From positions 1 to 59,184 of the forward strand of contig JAJYRE010000020.1 of NCBI GenBank assembly GCA_021794235.1: a DNA stretch of 59,184 nucleotides, read 5' to 3'. This DNA comes from Nanobdellota archaeon. Its GTDB lineage: Archaea > Nanobdellota > Nanobdellia > Parvarchaeales > Parvarchaeaceae. Shown here one piece after another: positions 1 to 7,876 of this stretch (within the stretch, counting starts at the first letter, position 1; each line of letters starts with the position of its first letter). A program made the translations under genes and the position numbers. A model generated the notes under the pieces. It had not been told where the DNA came from, did no database searches, and saw nothing but the letters and a program-made list of their open reading frames with translations.

Positions 1-196
1 GATCTGGTACATAACCCTGGGATGCTACGAACGAGGCCCGGTACATAGCATCTATAAGCTGATCCTTCACAGTCTTTATTCCGAATATCCTTTCGGACAT
101 AAGTCCGCCTTTGTCACTCTTTACCAGGCTGTCATAAATACGGCGGCTGGTTGTCTTTTCATCCTTCTCAAGAAGCTTAGTAAGCTCAGAGGCCAT
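1..196 (-). CDS. PrkA-like paralog, N-terminal fragment (gene runs off the left edge)
   Basis: ATG at complement 196..194, 15 nt after the stop of the upstream PrkA-family gene. My translation is MASELTKLLEKDEKTTSRRIYDSLVKSDKGGLMSERIFGIKTVKDQLIDAMYRASF... It mirrors the N-terminal pattern of the neighbour (HQMMYFAISRYG ... QLYGVDDIADAFVDAV). Only about 65 codons are visible. Confidence 0.4.
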   Translation of the reverse strand, partial: MASELTKLLEKDEKTTSRRIYDSLVKSDKGGLMSERIFGIKTVKDQLIDAMYRASFVASQGYVPD

Positions 197-211
197 TAGA
201 ACATTTCTCCT

Positions 212-2455
212 TTACCCCTTCTTGTTTCCACTGTTAGATAATGTGTAGGCCACCTGTGCGCATCTCTCACAGTATCCCATTTCCTCGAGTTTCTTTGTTA
301 TGACTTCTCTCGTACTGTCGAGCTTTGTCATCGGTTTCGTGTGCTCCTTCAGGTATTCTAGAACCCCTTCCTGGAATGACGGGTAGGTATCCAGGAGTCT
401 GAGCCCTATCTTGTCTATCAGCTGGTCATCCATCGATTTCCCGGACTTAAGATAGTCTCCGAGTGTGTTCGTTACGTTGTTTCTGAGGCTCTCCTTATTC
501 AAACCCTCGGCCTTTTCCTCGAGTTTATTCACATATTCCTCGTCTACGTTCTCTATTTTGTTGTTGTATTCGAATTTGTTGGTCTTTTTATTCATGAAAT
601 ACACGTTCAGGATGTACTTGTTGACTATCTCTCCGACAGCCCCCATTCCGTATATGGCCTTTATCACATCCCTGCCGACTTCCTTCCTGTACTCATCGAA
701 GGCATCAGCAATTATCGTCTTGCCGATTTCAGACTGAAGCCTGGAACGCGTTTCCGCAGAGACATCCTCCATAGTGTTCAGTATGTCCTCGAGAAACCTC
801 GTCTCGTCCTTTTCAAGGTCAAAAATCGAATCGAGGCATACCTTCTCCTTATTGTCCTTGTTGAGTTGCCTTGCGTAGAAGTAAAGCTTTCTAGGCGCCG
901 TCTGCATGCTGTTGTATGTAAGTGCGTACTTGATTCCTTCCATTCTGTTCATTATCGGCTTTGCGTCTGCCATCCTGACTAGGTCGATCTTGGTGGGCGT
1001 TTTCTCGGTTTCGATCTCCTTGCCGTCGTATATATCAGCCTTTTGTGCAAGAGTTATTCCCTCTGCGTTCTCAAGGCTCAGTTCGACCCATACTCTTGCC
1101 AGTACATCATTGAAGTGTTTAGAGTGGTGGTATCCGTATACTGTCTCATATTTGCTGACTATATTGTCCAGTGCATTTCTCGCATCCTTCAGTTTGTGTA
1201 TGGATTTGAATACAAACTGGTTGAACCTTCTCGATAGGTATGTCTTTAGGGTGTTTTCTATGTTTGCGTAGTCGTCAAAGTTAGTCGTAGCCAGGAAAAG
1301 ACTGTCCATGGATTCTACATAGGAAGACTTGAATCCGGTCTGCATGTCTTCTGTAAAGTCCAATGACTGCTTTACAAACGACTCCGGGCTTTTCAGCAGC
1401 TCGTTCAGAAGTATTATTCTGCCGATAGGTGCAGGCCTCATCTGGCTTCCCGCCACTCCATAGTCGTATGAAAGTGAACTGGTGTTGTCTGCTTTAAGCG
1501 CGTTTGCAACAGGATAAAGCATCTCACCGCCGAAAACTCCCTTGTAGTCGAAATTCTTCTCTCCTGTAGCTATCTTTGGCTTTGAAATAGGTATTATGTC
1601 GTTCTTGGACGCCCTTTCTATCGTGACCACCGATTCTAACAGCCTGTTGAGCATGTCATCATCAACGCCGCTGTCCCTCTGCATCACGCCGTTAAGCGCA
1701 TCCGCGAAGATGCCCCTTATTTCGCCGGCTGTAGAACTCTCCTGATCAACCCTCAGATAAATTTTTTTGAGCGGATCGTCGACTTTGCCGTTTATGTTTT
1801 CTACGGTCTTGGTAAGCCTATTCTCAGACTCGTCGCCGTTTTTGTATATCAGTTCGTTTAAAGAGTTGCCTATTGTCATATCCAGAGTCGGTTTCAGTTT
1901 TGTAAGCGATCCGAACTTTTCCCGTATAGCCTCATTAAACTTTTTGAAAAGTTCTTCTCCGCCCTGCATTCCCTGAAAGACTTTTTTGGCCGCCTTGTTG
2001 CTGGATAAATCGCCTAGGTTTATTTTTGCAATGTACTGCGTTCCATCGTCGCTGTCGACAAAACTCCTCTCTGTCTCGTCGAGCAGTCTTATGAAAGCGT
2101 TTTTACCGGTACCGGCTGGACCTACAAACAGGTTTACCTTGTTTCTTTCGTCGCCTATTATTATACCCGCTTTTACAGCGTCAACGAAGGCATCTGCTAT
2201 ATCGTCAACTCCATACAATTGTGCACTATCGGATTTGGTTATAGAATCATCCTTCAGTATGTAACGCCAGTCTCTGCCGTCGTCTTTTAGTTGTTTTGTA
2301 AAAGCCCAATGGCCATCAGAATCTTTTCCGTATCTTGATATTGCAAAATACATCATCTGATGTTCATTATATAGAACCGATGGATTTTCTTCTGCTAAAT
2401 TCAGAAATTCATCAAGGCTCATTCTTGCCTTTTTCTTGGTAGTACTGTTGTTCAT
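212..2455 (-). CDS. prkA: PrkA-family AAA+ ATPase / putative serine protein kinase
   Basis: 747-aa ORF. N-terminal SLDEFLNLAEENPSVLYNEHQMMYFAI and QLYGVDDIADAFVDAV are followed by Walker A VGPAGTGKNAF, then ILLNELLKSPESF and LFLATTNFDDY. This parallels the layout I recall for B. subtilis PrkA / E. coli YeaG. Recognised from memory, not by search. Confidence 0.75.
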   Translation of the reverse strand: MNNSTTKKKARMSLDEFLNLAEENPSVLYNEHQMMYFAISRYGKDSDGHWAFTKQLKDDGRDWRYILKDDSITKSDSAQLYGVDDIADAFVDAVKAGIIIGDERNKVNLFVGPAGTGKNAFIRLLDETERSFVDSDDGTQYIAKINLGDLSSNKAAKKVFQGMQGGEELFKKFNEAIREKFGSLTKLKPTLDMTIGNSLNELIYKNGDESENRLTKTVENINGKVDDPLKKIYLRVDQESSTAGEIRGIFADALNGVMQRDSGVDDDMLNRLLESVVTIERASKNDIIPISKPKIATGEKNFDYKGVFGGEMLYPVANALKADNTSSLSYDYGVAGSQMRPAPIGRIILLNELLKSPESFVKQSLDFTEDMQTGFKSSYVESMDSLFLATTNFDDYANIENTLKTYLSRRFNQFVFKSIHKLKDARNALDNIVSKYETVYGYHHSKHFNDVLARVWVELSLENAEGITLAQKADIYDGKEIETEKTPTKIDLVRMADAKPIMNRMEGIKYALTYNSMQTAPRKLYFYARQLNKDNKEKVCLDSIFDLEKDETRFLEDILNTMEDVSAETRSRLQSEIGKTIIADAFDEYRKEVGRDVIKAIYGMGAVGEIVNKYILNVYFMNKKTNKFEYNNKIENVDEEYVNKLEEKAEGLNKESLRNNVTNTLGDYLKSGKSMDDQLIDKIGLRLLDTYPSFQEGVLEYLKEHTKPMTKLDSTREVITKKLEEMGYCERCAQVAYTLSNSGNKKG

Positions 2456-2658
2456 TTGAACCCCCCTCCAAAACTATATATGGAGACTTTTCACTTATAA
2501 ACGTGCTTAAGGTAATACTGCGTATTATTGGTAATAATTCCAGACAGATTTGTTTAGAAATTTTAAATCTAAATTATTTTATAGTAGTATTTTATTTTTA
2601 TAATGTTACTTATCCAAAGTAACGATACTTTTATATATTAACAACCGTTTCTTTTATT

Positions 2659-3225
2659 ATGGCATTAGCCCCAGTAGCATTTGCTATCTCAGCATTCTCT
2701 GTCGCCGCTATAATTTCCGGTATAAACTTAAGGTCCTCCGGTAAAGACAAGACCTCTGCAAAGACTCTGGGTGTAATAGTCACATTGGCTGGTCTTGCGA
2801 TATTCATATCATCATTGCTGATGATAGTAACAACCCCGTACGGAACCGGCTATCCAGCTTCCAACGTTCAGCTTATGTTCTCATTGCTTATGCTGATATT
2901 CTCATTTGTTTGGATAACCTTTGGTATGACTCTATTGTACAACTGGGACATGAAGTTCATAGGAGACATGACAATGGTCCTGTTTGTTTTCAACCTGATA
3001 ACAATAATAGCACTCGGCTTCTGGAACGCAAATTACGCAGTTTACAGTCTTATAGATTTTATAATCGTAGAGGTCACTCTATTCTCATATCTTCTCGACG
3101 AGGTCGGTTTCTTCGCTCTCACCCACGGCAAAATGAAAGCCGGAATACAGGCGAACTTTCTTATTTCATCAGGAGTGCTTTCAATATTGCTCGCAGTGAC
3201 TGCGAGCGGAATAATACCGCTCTAA
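2659..3225 (+). CDS. integral membrane protein, unknown function
   Basis: 188 aa with about 6 hydrophobic spans. TATA-like ttttatatat lies about 25 nt upstream of the ATG. Confidence 0.6.
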   Translation: MALAPVAFAISAFSVAAIISGINLRSSGKDKTSAKTLGVIVTLAGLAIFISSLLMIVTTPYGTGYPASNVQLMFSLLMLIFSFVWITFGMTLLYNWDMKFIGDMTMVLFVFNLITIIALGFWNANYAVYSLIDFIIVEVTLFSYLLDEVGFFALTHGKMKAGIQANFLISSGVLSILLAVTASGIIPL

Positions 3226-3246
3226 GCCACACAGGAGGTGTTTTAA

Positions 3247-3900
3247 ATGGTAAGTGTTAAATGGTTGGGCCATGCTGCATGGTTGATAAATTTCAAGGAT
3301 ACAAAAATTATAATAGATCCTTTCCTTACGAACAATCCGAAGGCGGCTATGAAGGCGGCCGATGTGAAAGCAGACATGGTTCTGGTTACTCATAATCACT
3401 TTGATCATCTTGGAGACGCGTTTGACATCGCCAAGCGGAACAATGCAAAGGTAATAGGCAAGTTCGAACTGTCTATAGACGCTAAGAATGCAGGGGTTCC
3501 TGAGGCTAACGCCATAGGAATAAACACGGGTAGCATGACCAAATTCGGTTCTTTGGAGATAGCTATGGTGCCCGCCATTCACAGCGGTAACGAGAACGGC
3601 TTTGTCATCAGAGGAGATGGAAAGACTATATATCACGCCGGAGATACCGCTCTGTTCAGTGACATGCAACTCATAAAGAAACTCTACAAGCCGGATGTGG
3701 CGATGCTTCCAATCGGCGGATTCTTTACCATGGGCCCCGCGGAAGCAGCCATTGCCGCTAAATACATAGGAGCAAAGACTGTCTTCCCGATGCACTACAA
3801 CACATTTCCTCCAATAGCGCAGGACGGAAACAAGTTCGCAAAGATGGTGAAGGGTTCAAAAGTTATAGTGCTTGAGCCTGGACAGGAAAAGACTGTCTGA
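3247..3900 (+). CDS. metal-dependent hydrolase, UPF0173 / metallo-beta-lactamase fold
   Basis: Motifs KWLGHAAWLI, IIIDPF, VLVTHNHFDHLGD, YHAGDT and FPMHYNTFP are typical of the archaeal UPF0173 family. Confidence 0.85.
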   Translation: MVSVKWLGHAAWLINFKDTKIIIDPFLTNNPKAAMKAADVKADMVLVTHNHFDHLGDAFDIAKRNNAKVIGKFELSIDAKNAGVPEANAIGINTGSMTKFGSLEIAMVPAIHSGNENGFVIRGDGKTIYHAGDTALFSDMQLIKKLYKPDVAMLPIGGFFTMGPAEAAIAAKYIGAKTVFPMHYNTFPPIAQDGNKFAKMVKGSKVIVLEPGQEKTV

Positions 3901-3916
3901 TAGGATAATCCGCAGA

Positions 3917-4207
3917 TCACTCCAACCGCTTTATTATGTGGTATCCGAATCTTGTCCTCACAAGGCCGGATATCTGGCCTTTTTCTAGTGCAAAAGCTGC
4001 GGTCTCAAATTCTTTGACCATCATGCCCCTGCCGAAGAAACCTAGATCCCCACCCCTCCTTCTGGATCCGTCAATGGAATACTGTTCTGCTAGTTTTGAG
4101 AAGCTCTCTCCTTTATTGAGTTTTTCAAGGATCTCCTTTGCGAGAGATTCTTTCTGGACTAATATATGCGCGCATCTTATCTTATCGGCCATAAGATTAT
4201 GATTCAA
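3917..4207 (-). CDS. parvulin-type peptidyl-prolyl cis-trans isomerase (PpiC family)
   Basis: 96 aa single-domain parvulin: CAHILV, GGDLGFFGRGMMVKEFETAAF, GLVRTRFGYHIIK. The start may be Met6 (4192). Confidence 0.85.
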   Translation of the reverse strand: MNHNLMADKIRCAHILVQKESLAKEILEKLNKGESFSKLAEQYSIDGSRRRGGDLGFFGRGMMVKEFETAAFALEKGQISGLVRTRFGYHIIKRLE

Positions 4208-4233
4208 TCTTATAATTTAAACGGTTTCGGCAA

Positions 4234-4587
4234 TCAAAATATTTCGCCCACGATTGAGGTGATTCCGCCCTTTAGGTTGTATGATTGTACTTTGGCTTTG
4301 TTCAGGTAGTTGACGACTGCTCCGGACGTGTTTCCGTGGTAACAGACAAATACAGCACCTTCCAGTTTCTTTGGGTCCTCAATCGACAACAACTGTCTGG
4401 GGTTTATACACATTATTTCATCGTTGCCGGCTTCTAGTGCATTTTTTGCTATGCTGAAGTGCGCCTCTGCGCCCACCCATACAAACTTTTTTCCGCTCTC
4501 CTTTACCATCTTTTTAGCGGCTTCTAAGCTTATGTCATTTTCCATCCGTATTATGCGGAAATATAACTTAAATAGTTTACCTTCCAT
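4234..4587 (-). CDS. rhodanese-like domain protein
   Basis: Active-site-loop-like VFVCYHGNTSGAVVNYL followed by YNLKGGI. The start may be Met15 (4545). Confidence 0.55.
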   Translation of the reverse strand: MEGKLFKLYFRIIRMENDISLEAAKKMVKESGKKFVWVGAEAHFSIAKNALEAGNDEIMCINPRQLLSIEDPKKLEGAVFVCYHGNTSGAVVNYLNKAKVQSYNLKGGITSIVGEIF

Positions 4588-4634
4588 CTACTCCAAATCA
4601 GTTAGTATTTAAACTACAGGATTCTTAAAACAAA

Positions 4635-5273
4635 ATGGCTGATGATGAGATCGATAAGTTTCGATCATCCCTGTCAAAGTTAATAACGGATTCTAACTTT
4701 AAGGACTCCGGCAACAGCGAGCTGGAGAGCAGAGTATTGAGAAGCGTACAGGATTTTGAATTCGGACTCGGGCGTAATAAATTCGAGAAACTTGCCAAGT
4801 CGTACGCCGATGACAGCAATTTTTTCAATCATGCATTCTCCTCGTATCTGACAGCCGTTACAAAGGAGATGAACAAATACAAACGATACGACGGCGATGA
4901 AAACGGATACAAACTTATACTTTCACAGGCATCGTTGAAAATGCTCGAGAGGGAGCTTTACCGTTCGAATTACAATACTGGTTCGTCCATGAAGTCACTC
5001 GACTATTCAAGAAAATTTGGTAAAAAATATCTGTACAAGACGGCTCTTAAGAGCCTTGAAAACGAAAACTTTGTCCAGAAGGTCAAGGTTGGCCATTATC
5101 TGCTACTTCTTTCAATAGCAATGGTAGCGTCGCTTCCACTTATAAAGGAGGGACTTAGAACTCCGAGCGTATACGCCGCTGAACTGGTCGGTAGCACGGA
5201 TATACTCCTGGCACTGAGCGGTGGGCTTCTGGCCTACTTTATAGGTTATGAAAACGGAAAGAGATCCAAATAA
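4635..5273 (+). CDS. hypothetical protein with C-terminal two-TM anchor
   Basis: 212 aa: a soluble charged N-terminal part, then HYLLLLSIAMVASLPLI and ILLALSGGLLAYFIGY hydrophobic spans. No recognisable family. Confidence 0.5.
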   Translation: MADDEIDKFRSSLSKLITDSNFKDSGNSELESRVLRSVQDFEFGLGRNKFEKLAKSYADDSNFFNHAFSSYLTAVTKEMNKYKRYDGDENGYKLILSQASLKMLERELYRSNYNTGSSMKSLDYSRKFGKKYLYKTALKSLENENFVQKVKVGHYLLLLSIAMVASLPLIKEGLRTPSVYAAELVGSTDILLALSGGLLAYFIGYENGKRSK

Positions 5274-5301
5274 CCAATACCATAAAAAATAAAACCGGAG
5301 T

Positions 5302-6051
5302 ATGCCATATACACTTATGGTACAAAAGATAACGGTAAAGTTTTCCAAGCCTGCACTTAGGTTCGGGCTGATAGTCCCTTCCTCAAATACAAACATGGAG
5401 ACCGAGCTTTGCAAGATGATGCCGGCAGATATATTCCTGCACTCGGACAGGATGCGCATGAGAAAGGTAAACGCAAAGGAACTGATTTCCATGGACAGGG
5501 AAGCAGAGAGGGCTGCGGTCTATCTTTCCGACGCTAAGGTAAATGTGATAGCCTACGGGTGCACCATCGCAGTCACAAGCAGAAAGCCGGGATATCACAG
5601 GACGGTAAGGAAAAAATTAGAGCTGGTTGCAAAGACTCCTGTTGTGGTTAGTGCGGAGGCTGTCCTGGACGCTATGTCTCACATGGGGATGAAGAGAATC
5701 GCCGTCGCAACGCCGTACACCAAGAGGATTACCGAGATGGAGATGGATTACTTCAGAAAATCCGGATTCGATATAACAGATTATAAATATCTTAGCGTTG
5801 AGGACAACGTTGCTGTAGGCAGAATAAGGGCGGGTACAGTCCTGGATCTTGTAAAGAGCCTGGACGTGGAAAACGCCGATGGAATACTGATAAGCTGCGC
5901 CGAACTTCCGAGCGTAGACACGATAAAAATGCTTGAAGATGAATCAGGGTTGCCTGTAATTTCAACAAATACCGCGACCATGTGGGCCATGATTAGGAGG
6001 CTGAACCTCCCTATTAAGATAGGCGGATACGGGCGTCTGCTGGAAGAATGA
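5302..6051 (+). CDS. Asp/Glu/hydantoin racemase superfamily protein (maleate isomerase / arylmalonate decarboxylase-like)
   Basis: GLIVPSSNTNMETEL near the N-terminus, with two Cys-containing loops (IAYGCTIAVTS and ILISCAELPS) in the positions of the paired catalytic cysteines of this superfamily. Confidence 0.65.
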   Translation: MPYTLMVQKITVKFSKPALRFGLIVPSSNTNMETELCKMMPADIFLHSDRMRMRKVNAKELISMDREAERAAVYLSDAKVNVIAYGCTIAVTSRKPGYHRTVRKKLELVAKTPVVVSAEAVLDAMSHMGMKRIAVATPYTKRITEMEMDYFRKSGFDITDYKYLSVEDNVAVGRIRAGTVLDLVKSLDVENADGILISCAELPSVDTIKMLEDESGLPVISTNTATMWAMIRRLNLPIKIGGYGRLLEE

Positions 6052-6055
6052 CAGA

Positions 6056-6451
6056 TCAATAGCTATCCAGACTTTTCTGGTCGTATGCATGATGTCCGCT
6101 GTCAAGTTCTTTCTCCTTTTTCCGTAGGTACAGGTTGTAGTCTATAAATCCGTATATTATGTACCCGAATCCTCCGAATACACTAAGTAAAAGAAGCGAT
6201 TTTTGCAGTTCATTTGGAAGCGGAGTGACTGCTATTCCCGTTCCGACGATCATTCCGAAGCCTTTTCCAACGATGAAGTTCTCCTCCCTCCTCATGTATT
6301 TCTCAAACGCATCTTCTTTTTGCGAGTGCGGTACATCAGAATCCAATATATTTTCCAGCGCAGCCCTTCTGCCTCTTTTTGAGGCAAACAATTCGCTGAA
6401 CGGTTTTTTGTTCCCCCGTTCTCGGTGTTCGTTACATTCTTCAGGTTTCAT
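6056..6451 (-). CDS. small membrane protein with Gly-rich TM pair
   Basis: 131 aa. GKGFGMIVGTGIAV and LLLLSVFGGFGYIIYGFI form glycine-zipper-like TM segments. No family assignment. Confidence 0.45.
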   Translation of the reverse strand: MKPEECNEHRERGNKKPFSELFASKRGRRAALENILDSDVPHSQKEDAFEKYMRREENFIVGKGFGMIVGTGIAVTPLPNELQKSLLLLSVFGGFGYIIYGFIDYNLYLRKKEKELDSGHHAYDQKSLDSY

Positions 6452-6530
6452 AGCTCACAATTCGATAGTAATACAATGATTATATATAAATTCCAGTTCA
6501 TATCTAAAATTACTTATTAAAAAGGAAATC

Positions 6531-7211
6531 ATGGTAAATCCTTATTATAGTATTTCCGAACTGGAGAACCTCTTGGAGGACAGGAGGAGATCTATTCTTT
6601 TAAACGATTCCTCGGTTGTTTTTAGGTCGCCCCTGGGTGAAATGATGCCGGCAGACAGCTACAAAATAAGCCTGTTAAAGCTCGATCCAAGCAGGCTCAG
6701 GAGCGAATATAACTATACCGCCGGTTCTGTGAACCTTTATAACGATGCGGACGGAGGGTCATCCAGAGTACACTGCTACATAGATAAATCTCTGGCCGAT
6801 TCCGGATACATGGAACTATACGGTTTTAACAACTTCATACCCGGGTCTGTTAAAAACTATTCGACCGGTGATGACACCGCTAGGCTGGGAACTGCGATAT
6901 CCAAAATACAGGAATTGCTAGGAAGGAGTACCCCGTCAGCAGAGCGTAATATACGGGTGTACTCGATATCCTCAATAAGTCATGAAGTTTACAGGCTAAA
7001 GGAAAACACGGAATACATAGCCCCGGCACTAAAGTTGAACCAGACGTCAAAGGAAGTCTGCTGGCATATATACACTTCACCGAAGGGGGAGGGGAAGATA
7101 GTGGTATTCGAACACCCTACAAGGAACACCGTGCTTCCGAAGCGTTCACAGAAATTTGAATATTTGGCCCTAGATATTGCCCCGCGCAAAAATGGCAATT
7201 CTAAAAGGTAG
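6531..7211 (+). CDS. hypothetical protein
   Basis: 226-aa ORF divergent from 6056..6451. No recognisable motifs. Confidence 0.5.
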   Translation: MVNPYYSISELENLLEDRRRSILLNDSSVVFRSPLGEMMPADSYKISLLKLDPSRLRSEYNYTAGSVNLYNDADGGSSRVHCYIDKSLADSGYMELYGFNNFIPGSVKNYSTGDDTARLGTAISKIQELLGRSTPSAERNIRVYSISSISHEVYRLKENTEYIAPALKLNQTSKEVCWHIYTSPKGEGKIVVFEHPTRNTVLPKRSQKFEYLALDIAPRKNGNSKR

Positions 7212-7290
7212 GCTCAAGATGCCGCCTTAGGCCTTCAAAAATTAAGGACAAACTTAATATACTATCAGTTTTTAATCATCAGATACAATT

Positions 7291-7821
7291 ATGGAAGGCG
7301 ATCAGGTCAGGAAGTTCAGGTTTAACGTACTGTATATTCTGGTACCAGTATTGATAGCAGTCGCCTTCTTGGGGGTATTCTACATGGAAAGTTCAAACGG
7401 TGCGGTGCCGGTCGTATCTGCAGGCGATAACGTAAGCGTATACTACCAGTTATCATTCACAAACGGAACAGTCTACCAGTCAAATTTCAATGGTACGCCG
7501 TTATCATTTGCTGTGGGCTCGGGCCAGGTAATAAGCGGATTCGACAAGGCGGTTATAGGAATGAAAGTCGGAGAGACAAAAACAGTTACCCTGCCTCCGG
7601 ACGAGGCGTACGGTAACACGAATCAGTCCCTTATAGTAACTGTTCCGAAGTCGGAGTTTGGAAATGCATCGGTAAGCGTAGGCGAGAAGGTCCAGGCAAG
7701 TACGGGTGCAGTAGGTGTCATCACCAGCCTCAACGACACAAACGTTACTGTGGATTTCAATCCACCGCTGGCCGGCAAGACTCTGGTCTTCGAGATAAAA
7801 CTCCTAAATATAACTAAATGA
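7291..7821 (+). CDS. membrane-anchored FKBP-type peptidyl-prolyl isomerase
   Basis: N-terminal TM (FNVLYILVPVLIAVAFLGVF), then an FKBP core: GDNVSVYYQLSFTNGTVYQSN, FAVGSGQVISGFDKAVIGMKVGETKTVTLPPDEAYG, and DFNPPLAGKTLVFEIKLL. Confidence 0.85.
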   Translation: MEGDQVRKFRFNVLYILVPVLIAVAFLGVFYMESSNGAVPVVSAGDNVSVYYQLSFTNGTVYQSNFNGTPLSFAVGSGQVISGFDKAVIGMKVGETKTVTLPPDEAYGNTNQSLIVTVPKSEFGNASVSVGEKVQASTGAVGVITSLNDTNVTVDFNPPLAGKTLVFEIKLLNITK

Positions 7822-7876
7822 GCCTCCTGTAAAGCCTACATACAAGAGTTATAAGAGCTAACTGATAAGGTAGGCT

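Noticed and set aside
3181-3795. 204-aa minus-strand ORF.
   Set aside because: It is completely antisense to the UPF0173 hydrolase gene, which has the HxHxDH-type motif.
5302-6051. A link between the maleate-isomerase-like gene and nicotinate catabolism or the NAD cluster.
   Set aside because: It lies more than 4 kb away, separated by unrelated genes and on its own promoter. The superfamily is functionally broad, so the connection is not supportable.
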